A stretch of DNA of 64,000 bases. Origin: Tubulanus polymorphus (taxonomy: Eukaryota > Animalia > Nemertea). Both the position numbers and the translations under genes were made by a program. The notes under the pieces were generated by a model. The model saw nothing but the letters and a program-made list of their open reading frames with translations, made no database searches and had not been told where the DNA came from. The stretch is taken from the NCBI RefSeq assembly GCF_964204645.1, contig NC_134028.1, forward strand, positions 124,001 through 188,000, given 5' to 3'. The first letter of the stretch is position 1, and every line of letters starts with the position of its first letter. Positions 24,488-38,359 of the stretch are shown here, one piece after another.

Positions 24488-27400
24488 TTAAGATAGAACT
24501 CATCATCTTTAGGACCCTATTTTGCAAGAAAAATCTGTATCTTTCAGTCCATCTGCTCGAAATCAGTTCAGTTTACCTTAACCTATCATTTCAGATCGAG
24601 TCCATCATCTTCAGGAGCATAAATAGCCATAAAATTCTTAATCTTTCCACCTATCTATTTGAAATCAGTTCAATACGCCTTTACACATCTTTTCAGATTG
24701 AATCCATCATCTTCAGAACCAAAAGCAGCCAGAAAATTCTTAATCTTTCCACCTATCTATTTGAAATCAGTTCAATACGCCTTAGCCCATCTTTTCAGAT
24801 TGAGTCCATCATCTTCAGAACCAAAGGCAGCCAGAAAATTCTGATTCTTTCCACCCATCTATTTGAAATCAGTTCAGTTCACCCTAACCCATCAATTAAG
24901 GTAGAATTCATCATCTTTAGGACCCTATTTTGCAAGAAAAATCTGTATCTTTCAGTCCATCTACTCGAAATCAGTTCAGTCTACCTTAACCTATCATTTC
25001 AGATCGAGTCCATCATCTTCAGGAGCACAAATAGCCACGAAATTCTTAATCTTTCCACCTATCTATTTGAAATCAGTTCAATACGCCTTAACACATCTTT
25101 TCAGATTGAATCCATCATCTTCAGAACCAAAAGCAGCCAGAAAATTCTGATTCTTTCAACCTGTCTATTTGAAATCAGTTCAGTACACCCTAACCCATCA
25201 TTTAAGATAGAACTCATCATCTTTAGGACCCTATTTTGCAATAAAAATCTGTGTCTTTCAGTCCATCTGCTCGAAATCAGTTCAGTTTACCTTAACCTAT
25301 CATTTCAGATCGAGTCCATCATCTTCAGGAGCATAAATAGCCAGAAAATTCTTAATCTTTCCACCTATCTATTTGAAATCAGTTCAATACGCCTTAACAC
25401 ATCTTTTCAGATTGAATCCATCATCTTCAGAACCAAAAGCAGCCAGAAAATTCTTAATCTTTCAACCTATCTATTTGAAATCAGTTCAGTACACCCTAAC
25501 CCATAAATTAAGATAGAATTCATCATCTTTAGGACCCTATTTTGCAAGAAAAATCTGTATCTTTCAGTCCATCTACTCGAAATCAGTTCAGTTTACCCTA
25601 ACCCTATCATTTCAGATCGAGTCCATCATCTTCAGGAGCATAAATAGCCAGAAAATTCTTAATCTTTCCACCTATCTATTTGAAATCAGTTCAATACGCC
25701 TTAACACATCTTTTCAGATTGAATCCATCATCTTCAGAACCAAAAGCAGCCAGAAAATTCTTAATCTTTCAACCTATCTATTTGAAATCAGTTCAGTACA
25801 CCCTAACCCATAAATTAAGATAGAATTCATCATCTTTAGGACCCTATTTTGCAAGAAAAATCTGTATCTTTCAGTCCATCTGCTCGAAATCAGTTCAGTT
25901 TACCTTAACCTATCATTTCAGATCGAGTCCATCATCTTCAGGAGCATAAATAGCCATAAAATTCTTAATCTTTCCACCTATCTATTTGAAATCAGTTCAA
26001 TACGCCTTAACACATCTTTTCAGATTGAATCCATCATCTTCAGAACCAAAAGCAGCCAGAAAATTCTTAATCTTTCCACCTATCTATTTGAAATCAGTTC
26101 AATACGCCTTAGCCCATCTTTTCAGATTGAGTCCATCATCTTCAGAACCAAAGGCAGCCAGAAAATTCTGATTCTTTCCACCCATCTATTTGAAATCAGT
26201 TCAGTTCACCCTAACCCATCAATTAAGGTAGAATTCATCATCTTTAGGACCCTATTTTGCAAGAAAAATCTGTATCTTTCAGTCCATCTACTCGAAATCA
26301 GTTCAGTCTACCTTAACCTATCATTTCAGATCGAGTCCATCATCTTCAGGAGCATAAATAGCCACGAAATTCTTAATCTTTCCACCTATCTATTTGAAAT
26401 CAGTTCAATACGCCTTAACACATCTTTTCAGATTGAATCCATCATCTTCAGAACCAAAAGCAGCCAGAAAATTCTGATTCTTTCAACCTGTCTATTTGAA
26501 ATCAGTTCAGTACACCCTAACCCATCATTTAAGATAGAACTCATCATCTTTAGGACCCTATTTTGCAATAAAAATCTGTGTCTTTCAGTCCATCTGCTCG
26601 AAATCAGTTCAGTTTACCTTAACCTATCATTTCAGATCGAGTCCATCATCTTCAGGAGCATAAATAGTCAGAAAATTCTTAATCTTTCCACCTATCTATT
26701 TGAAATCAGTTCAATACGCCTTAGCCCATCATTTCAGATCGAGTCCATCATCTTCAGGAGCATAAATAGCCAGAAAATTCTTAATCTTTCCACCTATCCA
26801 TTTGAAATCAGTTCAATACGCCTTAACCCATCTTTTCAGATTGAATCCATCATCTTCAGAACCAAAAGCAGCAAGAAAATTCTGATTCTTTCAACCTATC
26901 TATTTGAAATCAGTTCAGTACACCCTAACCCATCAATTAAGATAGAACTCATCATCTTTAGGACCCTATTTTGCAAGAAAAATCTGTATCTTTTAGTCCA
27001 TCAGCTCGAAATCAGTTCAGTTTACCTTAACCTATCATTTCAGATCGAGTCCATCATCTTCAGGAGCATAAATAGCCAGAAAATTCTTAATCTTTCCACC
27101 TATCTATTTGAAATCAGTTCAATACGCCTTAGCCCATCTTTTCAGATTGAGTCCATCATCTTCAGAACCAAAGGCAGCCAGAAAATTCTGATTCTTTCCA
27201 CCCATCTATTTGAAATCAGTTCAGTTCACCCTAACCCATCAATTAAGGTAGAATTCATCATCTTTAGGACCCTATTTTGCAAGAAAAATCTGTATCTTTC
27301 AGTCCATCTACTCGAAATCAGATCAGTCTACCTTAACCTATCATTTCAGATCGAGTCCATCATCTTCAGGAGCATAAATAGCCACGAAATTCTTAATCTT

Positions 27401-30400
27401 TCCACCTATCTATTTGAAATCAGTTCAATACGCCTTAACACATCTTTTCAGATTGAATCCATCATCTTCAGAACCAAAAGCAGCCAGAAAATTCTGATTC
27501 TTTCAACCTGTCTATTTGAAATCAGTTCAGTACACCCTAACCCATCATTTAAGATAGAACTCATCATCTTTAGGACCCTATTTTGCAAGAAAAATCTGTA
27601 TCTTTCAGTCCATCTGCTCGAAATCAGTTCAGTTTACCTTAACCTATCATTTCAGATCGAGTCCATCATCTTCAGGAGCATAAATAGCCATAAAATTCTT
27701 AATCTTTCCACCTATCTATTTGAAATCAGTTCAATACGCCTTTACACATCTTTTCAGATTGAATCCATCATCTTCAGAACCAAAAGCAGCCAGAAAATTC
27801 TTAATCTTTCCACCTATCTATTTGAAATCAGTTCAATACGCCTTAGCCCATCTTTTCAGATTGAGTCCATCATCTTCAGAACCAAAGGCAGCCAGAAAAT
27901 TCTGATTCTTTCCACCCATCTATTTGAAATCAGTTCAGTTCACCCTAACCCATCAATTAAGGTAGAATTCATCATCTTTAGGACCCTATTTTGCAAGAAA
28001 AATCTGTATCTTTCAGTCCATCTACTCGAAATCAGTTCAGTCTACCTTAACCTATCATTTCAGATCGAGTCCATCATCTTCAGGAGCACAAATAGCCACG
28101 AAATTCTTAATCTTTCCACCTATCTATTTGAAATCAGTTCAATACGCCTTAACACATCTTTTCAGATTGAATCCATCATCTTCAGAACCAAAAGCAGCCA
28201 GAAAATTCTGATTCTTTCAACCTGTCTATTTGAAATCAGTTCAGTACACCCTAACCCATCATTTAAGATAGAACTCATCATCTTTAGGACCCTATTTTGC
28301 AATAAAAATCTGTGTCTTTCAGTCCATCTGCTCGAAATCAGTTCAGTTTACCTTAACCTATCATTTCAGATCGAGTCCATCATCTTCAGGAGCATAAATA
28401 GCCAGAAAATTCTTAATCTTTCCACCTATCTATTTGAAATCAGTTCAATACGCCTTAACACATCTTTTCAGATTGAATCCATCATCTTCAGAACCAAAAG
28501 CAGCCAGAAAATTCTTAATCTTTCAACCTATCTATTTGAAATCAGTTCAGTACACCCTAACCCATAAATTAAGATAGAATTCATCATCTTTAGGACCCTA
28601 TTTTGCAAGAAAAATCTGTATCTTTCAGTCCATCTACTCGAAATCAGTTCAGTTTACCCTAACCCTATCATTTCAGATCGAGTCCATCATCTTCAGGAGC
28701 ATAAATAGCCAGAAAATTCTTAATCTTTCCACCTATCTATTTGAAATCAGTTCAATACGCCTTAACACATCTTTTCAGATTGAATCCATCATCTTCAGAA
28801 CCAAAAGCAGCCAGAAAATTCTTAATCTTTCAACCTATCTATTTGAAATCAGTTCAGTACACCCTAACCCATAAATTAAGATAGAATTCATCATCTTTAG
28901 GACCCTATTTTGCAAGAAAAATCTGTATCTTTCAGTCCATCTGCTCGAAATCAGTTCAGTTTACCTTAACCTATCATTTCAGATCGAGTCCATCATCTTC
29001 AGGAGCATAAATAGCCATAAAATTCTTAATCTTTCCACCTATCTATTTGAAATCAGTTCAATACGCCTTAACACATCTTTTCAGATTGAATCCATCATCT
29101 TCAGAACCAAAAGCAGCCAGAAAATTCTTAATCTTTCCACCTATCTATTTGAAATCAGTTCAATACGCCTTAGCCCATCTTTTCAGATTGAGTCCATCAT
29201 CTTCAGAACCAAAGGCAGCCAGAAAATTCTGATTCTTTCCACCCATCTATTTGAAATCAGTTCAGTTCACCCTAACCCATCAATTAAGGTAGAATTCATC
29301 ATCTTTAGGACCCTATTTTGCAAGAAAAATCTGTATCTTTCAGTCCATCTACTCGAAATCAGTTCAGTCTACCTTAACCTATCATTTCAGATCGAGTCCA
29401 TCATCTTCAGGAGCATAAATAGCCACGAAATTCTTAATCTTTCCACCTATCTATTTGAAATCAGTTCAATACGCCTTAACACATCTTTTCAGATTGAATC
29501 CATCATCTTCAGAACCAAAAGCAGCCAGAAAATTCTGATTCTTTCAACCTGTCTATTTGAAATCAGTTCAGTACACCCTAACCCATCATTTAAGATAGAA
29601 CTCATCATCTTTAGGACCCTATTTTGCAATAAAAATCTGTGTCTTTCAGTCCATCTGCTCGAAATCAGTTCAGTTTACCTTAACCTATCATTTCAGATCG
29701 AGTCCATCATCTTCAGGAGCATAAATAGTCAGAAAATTCTTAATCTTTCCACCTATCTATTTGAAATCAGTTCAATACGCCTTAGCCCATCATTTCAGAT
29801 CGAGTCCATCATCTTCAGGAGCATAAATAGCCAGAAAATTCTTAATCTTTCCACCTATCCATTTGAAATCAGTTCAATACGCCTTAACCCATCTTTTCAG
29901 ATTGAATCCATCATCTTCAGAACCAAAAGCAGCAAGAAAATTCTGATTCTTTCAACCTATCTATTTGAAATCAGTTCAGTACACCCTAACCCATCAATTA
30001 AGATAGAACTCATCATCTTTAGGACCCTATTTTGCAAGAAAAATCTGTATCTTTTAGTCCATCAGCTCGAAATCAGTTCAGTTTACCTTAACCTATCATT
30101 TCAGATCGAGTCCATCATCTTCAGGAGCATAAATAGCCAGAAAATTCTTAATCTTTCCACCTATCTATTTGAAATCAGTTCAATACGCCTTAGCCCATCT
30201 TTTCAGATTGAGTCCATCATCTTCAGAACCAAAGGCAGCCAGAAAATTCTGATTCTTTCCACCCATCTATTTGAAATCAGTTCAGTTCACCCTAACCCAT
30301 CAATTAAGGTAGAATTCATCATCTTTAGGACCCTATTTTGCAAGAAAAATCTGTATCTTTCAGTCCATCTACTCGAAATCAGATCAGTCTACCTTAACCT

Positions 30401-30751
30401 ATCATTTCAGATCGAGTCCATCATCTTCAGGAGCATAAATAGCCACGAAATTCTTAATCTTTCCACCTATCTATTTGAAATCAGTTCAATACGCCTTAAC
30501 ACATCTTTTCAGATTGAATCCATCATCTTCAGAACCAAAAGCAGCCAGAAAATTCTGATTCTTTCAACCTGTCTATTTGAAATCAGTTCAGTACACCCTA
30601 ACCCATCATTTAAGATAGAACTCATCATCTTTAGGACCCTATTTTGCAAGAAAAATCTGTATCTTTCAGTCCATCTGCTCGAAATCAGTTCAGTTTACCT
30701 TAACCTATCATTTCAGATCGAGTCCATCATCTTCAGGAGCATAAATAGCCA
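24488..30751. repeat. Tandem duplication of a 3061-bp block (30 monomers + 1 bp)
   Basis: ORF starts are 24659/27720 and 25986/29047. The insertion allele lies at 25596/28657 and the B/A hybrid monomer at 26702/29763. Confidence 0.9.
25595..25606 (-). other. 103-bp A-monomer allele carrying ACCCTAACCCTA (12-bp match to TTAGGG repeat on the minus strand); also at 28656, 38347, 47630 and 58341
   Basis: Normal A reads GTTTACCTTAACCTATCA and the allele reads GTTTACCCTAACCCTATCA (T>C plus a C insertion). The five copies account for the +5 phase shift across the window. Confidence 0.93.
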
Positions 30752-32442
30752 GAAAATTCTTAATCTTTCCACCTATCTATTTGAAATCAGTTCAATACGC
30801 CTTAACACATCTTTTCAGATTGAATCCATCATCTTCAGAACCAAAAGCAGCCAGAAAATTCTTAATCTTTCAACCTATCTATTTGAAATCAGTTCAGTAC
30901 ACCCTAACCCATCAATTAAGATAGAATTCATCATCTTTAGGACCCTATTTTGCAAGAAAAATCTGTATCTTTCAGTCCATCTACTCGAAATCAGTTCAGT
31001 TTACCTTAACCTATCATTTCAGATCGAGTCCATCATCTTCAGGAGCATAAATAGCCAGAAAATTCTTAATCTTTCCACCTATCTATTTGAAATCAGTTCA
31101 ATACGCCTTAGCCCATCTTTTCAGATTGAGTCCATCATCTTCAGAACCAAAGGCAGCCAGAAAATTCTGATTCTTTCCACCTATCTATTTGAAATCAGTT
31201 CAGTTCACCCTAACTCATCAATTAAGATAGAATTCATCATCTTTAGGACCCTATTTTGCAAGAAAAATCTGTATCTTTCAGTCCATCTACTCGAAATCAG
31301 TTCAGTTTACCTTAACCTATCATTTCAGATCGAGTTCATCATCTTCAGGAGCATAAATAGCCAGAAAATTCTTAATCTTTCCACCTATCTATTTGAAATC
31401 AGTTCAATACGCCTTAGCCCATCTTTTCAGATTGAGTCCATCATCTTCAGAACCAAAGGCAGCCAGAAAATTCTGATTCTTTCCACCTATCTATTTGAAA
31501 TCAGTTCAGTTCACCCTAACTCATCAATTAAGATAGAATTCATCATCTTTAGGACCCTATTTTGCAAGAAAAATCTGTATCTTTCAGTCCACCTACTCGA
31601 AATCAGTTCAGTTTACCTTAACCTATCATTTCAGATCGAGTCCATCATCTTCAGGAGCATAAATAACCAGAAAATTCTTAATCTTTCAACCTATCTGTTT
31701 GAAATCAGTTTAGTACACCCTAACCCATCAATTAAGATAGAATTCATCATCTTTAGGACCCTATTTTGCAAGAAAAATCTGTATCTTTCAGTCCATCTAC
31801 TCGAAATCAGTTCAGTTTACCTTAACCTATCATTTCAGATCGAGTCCATCATCTTCAGGAGCATAAATAACCAGAAAATTCTTAATCTTTCCACCTATCT
31901 ATTTGAAATCAGTTCAATACGCCTTAGCCCATCTTTTCAGATTCAGTCCATCATCTTCAGAACCAAAGGCAGCCAGAAAATTCTTAATCTTTCCACCTAT
32001 CTGTTTGAAATCAGTTCAGTTCACCCTAACCCATCAATTTAGATAGAATTCATCATCTTTAGGACCCTATTTTGCAAGAAAAACCTGTATCTTTCAGTCC
32101 ATCTGCTCGAAATCAGTTCAGTTTACCTTAACCTATCATTTCAGATCGAGTCCATCATCTTCAGGAGCATAAATAGCCAGAAAATTCTTAATCTTTCCAC
32201 CTATCTATTTGAAATCAGTTCAATACGCCTTAATACATCTTTTCAGATTGAATCCATCATCTTCAGAACCAAAAGCAGCCAGAAAATTCTGATTCTTTCA
32301 ACCTATCTATTTGAAATCAGTTCAGTACACCCTAACCCATCAATTAAGATAGAACTCATCATCTTTAGGACCCTATTTTGCAAGAAAAATCTGTATCTTT
32401 CAGTCCATCTGCTCGAAATCAGTTCAGTTTACCTTAACCTAT

Positions 32443-35400
32443 CATTTCAGATCGAGTCCATCATCTTCAGGAGCATAAATAGCCAGAAAATTCTTAATCT
32501 TTCCACCTATCTATTTGAAATCAGTTCAATACGCCTTAACACATCTTTTCAGATTGAATCCATCATCTTCAGAACCAAAAGCAGCCAGAAAATTCTTAAT
32601 CTTTCAACCTATCTATTTGAAATCAGTTCAGTACACCCTAACCCATCAATTAAGATAGAATTAATCATCTTTAGGACCCTATTTTGCAAGAAAAATCTGT
32701 ATCTTTCAGTCCATCTACTCGAAATCAGTTCAGTTTACCTTAACCTATCATTTCAGATCGAGTCCATCATCTTCAGGAGCATAAATAGCCAGAAAATTCT
32801 TAATCTTTCCACCTATCTATTTGAAATCAGTTCAATACGCCTTAACACATCTTTTCAGATTGAATCCATCATCTTCAGAACCAAAAGCAGCCAGAAAATT
32901 CTGATTCTTTCAACCTATCTATTTGAAATCAGTTCAGTACACCCTAACCCATCAATTAAGATAGAACTCATCATCTTTAGGACCCTATTTTGCAAGAAAA
33001 ATCTGTATCTTTCAGTCCATCTGCTCGAAATCAGTTCAGTTTACCTTAACCTATCATTTCAGATCGAGTCCATCATCTTCAGGAGCATAAATAGCCAGAA
33101 AATTCTTAATCTTTCCACCTATCTATTTGAAATCAGTTCAATACGCCTTAACACATCTTTTCAGATTGAATCCATCATCTTCAGAACCAAAAGCAGCCAG
33201 AAAATTCTTAATCTTTCAACCTATCTATTTGAAATCAGTTCAGTACACCCTAACCCATCAATTAAGATAGAATTCATCATCTTTAGGACCCTATTTTGCA
33301 AGAAAAATCTGTATCTTTCAGTCCATCTACTCGAAATCAGTTCAGTTTACCTTAACCTATCATTTCAGATCGAGTCCATCATCTTCAGGAGCATAAATAG
33401 CCAGAAAATTCTGATTCTTTCCACCTATCTATTTGAAATCAGTTCAGTTCACCCTAACCCATCAATTAAGATAGAATTCATCATCTTTAGGACCCTATTT
33501 TGCAAGAAAAATCTGTATCTTTCAGTCCATCTACTCGAAATCAGTTCAGTTTACCTTAACCTATCATTTCAGATCGAGTCCATCATCTTCAGGAGCATAA
33601 ATAGCCAGAAAATTCTTAATCTTTCCACCTATCCATTTGAAATCAGTTCAGTACACCCTAACCCATCAATTAAGATATAATTCATCATCTTTAGGACCCT
33701 ATTTTGCAAGAAAAATCTGTATCTTTCAGTCCATCTACTCGAAATCAGTTCAGTTTACCTTAACCTATCATTTCAGATCGAGTCCATCATCTTCAGGAGC
33801 ATAAATAGCCAGAAAATTCTTAATCTTTCCACCTATCTATTTGAAATCAGTTCAATACGCCTTAGCCCATCTTTTCAGATTGAGTCCATCATCTTCAGAA
33901 CCAAAGGCAGCCAGAAAATTCTGATTCTTTCCACCTATCTATTTGAAATCAGTTCAGTTCACCCTAACTCATCAATTAAGATAGAATTCATCATCTTTAG
34001 GACCCTATTTTGCAAGAAAAATCTGTATCTTTCAGTCCATCTACTCGAAATCAGTTCAGTTTACCTTAACCTATCATTTCAGATCGAGTCCATCATCTTC
34101 AGGAGCATAAATAGCCAGAAAATTCTTAATCTTTCCACCTATCTATTTGAAATCAGTTCAATACGCCTTAGCCCATCTTTTCAGATTGAGTCCATCATCT
34201 TCAGAACCAAAGGCAGCCAGAAAATTCTGATTCTTTCAACCTATCTATTTGAAATCAGTTCAGTTCACCCTAACTCATCAATTAAGATAGAATTCATCAT
34301 CTTTAGGACCCTATTTTGCAAGAAAAATCTGTATCTTTCAGTCCATCTACTCGAAATCAGTTCAGTTTACCTTAACCTATCATTTCAGATCGAGTCCATC
34401 ATCTTCAGGAGCATAAATAACCAGAAAATTCTTAATCTTTCAACCTATCTGTTTGAAATCAGTTCAGTACACCCTAACCCATCAATTAAGATAGAATTCA
34501 TCATCTTTAGGACCCTATTTTGCAAGAAAAATCTGTATCTTTCAGTCCATCTACTCGAAATCAGTTCAGTTTACCTTAACATTTCATTTCAGATCGAGTC
34601 CATCATCTTCAGGAGCATAAATAGCCAGAAAATTCTTAATCTTTCCACCTATCTATTTGAAATCAGTTCAATACGCCTTAACACATCTTTTCAGATTGAA
34701 TCCATCATCTTCAGAACCAAAAGCAGCCAGAAAATTCTTAATCTTTCAACCTATCTATTTGAAATCAGTTCAGTACACCCTAACCCATCAATTAAGATAG
34801 AATTAATCATCTTTAGGACCCTATTTTGCAAGAAAAATCTGTATCTTTCAGTCCATCTACTCGAAATCAGTTCAGTTTACCTTAACCTATCATTTCAGAT
34901 CGAGTCCATCATCTTCAGGAGCATAAATAGCCAGAAAATTCTTAATCTTTCCACCTATCTATTTGAAATCAGTTCAATACGCCTTAACACATCTTTTCAG
35001 ATTGAATCCATCATCTTCAGAACCAAAAGCAGCCAGAAAATTCTGATTCTTTCAACCTATCTATTTGAAATCAGTTCAGTACACCCTAACCCATCAATTA
35101 AGATAGAACTCATCATCTTTAGGACCCTATTTTGCAAGAAAAATCTGTATCTTTCAGTCCATCTGCTCGAAATCAGTTCAGTTTACCTTAACCTATCATT
35201 TCAGATCGAGTCCATCATCTTCAGGAGCATAAATAGCCAGAAAATTCTTAATCTTTCCACCTATCTATTTGAAATCAGTTCAATACGCCTTAACACATCT
35301 TTTCAGATTGAATCCATCATCTTCAGAACCAAAAGCAGCCAGAAAATTCTTAATCTTTCAACCTATCTATTTGAAATCAGTTCAGTACACCCTAACCCAT

Positions 35401-36765
35401 CAATTAAGATAGAATTCATCATCTTTAGGACCCTATTTTGCAAGAAAAATCTGTATCTTTCAGTCCATCTACTCGAAATCAGTTCAGTTTACCTTAACCT
35501 ATCATTTCAGATCGAGTCCATCATCTTCAGGAGCATAAATAGCCAGAAAATTCTGATTCTTTCCACCTATCTATTTGAAATCAGTTCAGTTCACCCTAAC
35601 CCATCAATTAAGATAGAATTCATCATCTTTAGGACCCTATTTTGCAAGAAAAATCTGTATCTTTCAGTCCATCTACTCGAAATCAGTTCAGTTTACCTTA
35701 ACCTATCATTTCAGATCGAGTCCATCATCTTCAGGAGCATAAATAGCCAGAAAATTCTTAATCTTTCCACCTATCCATTTGAAATCAGTTCAGTACACCC
35801 TAACCCATCAATTAAGATATAATTCATCATCTTTAGGACCCTATTTTGCAAGAAAAATCTGTATCTTTCAGTCCATCTACTCGAAATCAGTTCAGTTTAC
35901 CTTAACCTATCATTTCAGATCGAGTCCATCATCTTCAGGAGCATAAATAGCCAGAAAATTCTTAATCTTTCCACCTATCTATTTGAAATCAGTTCAATAC
36001 GCCTTAGCCCATCTTTTCAGATTGAGTCCATCATCTTCAGAACCAAAGGCAGCCAGAAAATTCTGATTCTTTCCACCTATCTATTTGAAATCAGTTCAGT
36101 TCACCCTAACTCATCAATTAAGATAGAATTCATCATCTTTAGGACCCTATTTTGCAAGAAAAATCTGTATCTTTCAGTCCATCTACTCGAAATCAGTTCA
36201 GTTTACCTTAACCTATCATTTCAGATCGAGTCCATCATCTTCAGGAGCATAAATAGCCAGAAAATTCTTAATCTTTCCACCTATCTATTTGAAATCAGTT
36301 CAATACGCCTTAGCCCATCTTTTCAGATTGAGTCCATCATCTTCAGAACCAAAGGCAGCCAGAAAATTCTGATTCTTTCAACCTATCTATTTGAAATCAG
36401 TTCAGTTCACCCTAACTCATCAATTAAGATAGAATTCATCATCTTTAGGACCCTATTTTGCAAGAAAAATCTGTATCTTTCAGTCCATCTACTCGAAATC
36501 AGTTCAGTTTACCTTAACCTATCATTTCAGATCGAGTCCATCATCTTCAGGAGCATAAATAACCAGAAAATTCTTAATCTTTCAACCTATCTGTTTGAAA
36601 TCAGTTCAGTACACCCTAACCCATCAATTAAGATAGAATTCATCATCTTTAGGACCCTATTTTGCAAGAAAAATCTGTATCTTTCAGTCCATCTACTCGA
36701 AATCAGTTCAGTTTACCTTAACATTTCATTTCAGATCGAGTCCATCATCTTCAGGAGCATAAATA
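32443..36765. repeat. Tandem duplication of a 2142-bp (21-monomer) block, also present once at about 21.8-24.0 kb (offsets 10610 and 12752)
   Basis: TTAATCATC occurs at 22051/32661/34803, the A/B hybrid monomer at 22723/33333/35475, and AACATTTC at 23968/34578/36720. Confidence 0.9.
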
Positions 36766-38359
36766 ACCAGAAAATTCTTAATCTTTCCACCTATCTATTT
36801 GAAATCAGTTCAATACGCCTTAGCCCATCTTTTCAGATTCAGTCCATCATCTTCAGAACCAAAGGCAGCCAGAAAATTCTTAATCTTTCCACCTATCTGT
36901 TTGAAATCAGTTCAGTTCACCCTAACCCATCAATTTAGATAGAATTCATCATCTTTAGGACCCTATTTTGCATGAAAAACCTGTATCTTTCAGTCCATCT
37001 GCTCGAAATCAGTTCAGTTTACCTTAACCTATCATTTCAGATCGAGTCCATCATCTTCAGGAGCATAAATAGCCAGAAAATTCTTAATCTTTCCACCTAT
37101 CTATTTGAAATCAGTTCAATACGCCTTAACACATCTTTTCAGATTGAATCCATCATCTTCAGAACCAAAAGCAGCCAGAAAATTCTGATTCTTTCAACCT
37201 ATCTATTTGAAATCAGTTCAGTACACCCTAACCCATCAATTAAGATAGAACTCATCATCTTTAGGACCCTATTTTGCAAGAAAAATCTGTATCTTTCAGT
37301 CCATCTGCTCGAAATCAGTTCAGTTTACCTTAACCTATCATTTCAGATCGAGTCCATCATCTTCAGGAGCATAAATAGCCATAAAATTCTTAATCTTTCC
37401 ACCTATCTATTTGAAATCAGTTCAATACGCCTTTACACATCTTTTCAGATTGAATCCATCATCTTCAGAACCAAAAGCAGCCAGAAAATTCTTAATCTTT
37501 CCACCTATCTATTTGAAATCAGTTCAATACGCCTTAGCCCATCTTTTCAGATTGAGTCCATCATCTTCAGAACCAAAGGCAGCCAGAAAATTCTGATTCT
37601 TTCCACCCATCTATTTGAAATCAGTTCAGTTCACCCTAACCCATCAATTAAGGTAGAATTCATCATCTTTAGGACCCTATTTTGCAAGAAAAATCTGTAT
37701 CTTTCAGTCCATCTACTCGAAATCAGTTCAGTCTACCTTAACCTATCATTTCAGATCGAGTCCATCATCTTCAGGAGCACAAATAGCCACGAAATTCTTA
37801 ATCTTTCCACCTATCTATTTGAAATCAGTTCAATACGCCTTAACACATCTTTTCAGATTGAATCCATCATCTTCAGAACCAAAAGCAGCCAGAAAATTCT
37901 GATTCTTTCAACCTGTCTATTTGAAATCAGTTCAGTACACCCTAACCCATCATTTAAGATAGAACTCATCATCTTTAGGACCCTATTTTGCAATAAAAAT
38001 CTGTGTCTTTCAGTCCATCTGCTCGAAATCAGTTCAGTTTACCTTAACCTATCATTTCAGATCGAGTCCATCATCTTCAGGAGCATAAATAGCCAGAAAA
38101 TTCTTAATCTTTCCACCTATCTATTTGAAATCAGTTCAATACGCCTTAACACATCTTTTCAGATTGAATCCATCATCTTCAGAACCAAAAGCAGCCAGAA
38201 AATTCTTAATCTTTCAACCTATCTATTTGAAATCAGTTCAGTACACCCTAACCCATAAATTAAGATAGAATTCATCATCTTTAGGACCCTATTTTGCAAG
38301 AAAAATCTGTATCTTTCAGTCCATCTACTCGAAATCAGTTCAGTTTACCCTAACCCTAT

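Noticed and set aside
24220-25506. 428-aa ORF (and copies at 36972, 42277, 46255, 56966; also the 331, 263 and 190-aa ORFs) as protein-coding genes
   Set aside because: The starts are point variants of the satellite (AAG>ATG, ATA>ATG, AGG>ATG) and the stops are point variants too. Identical repeat sequence continues on both sides, with no third-position bias and no promoter or unique flanks.
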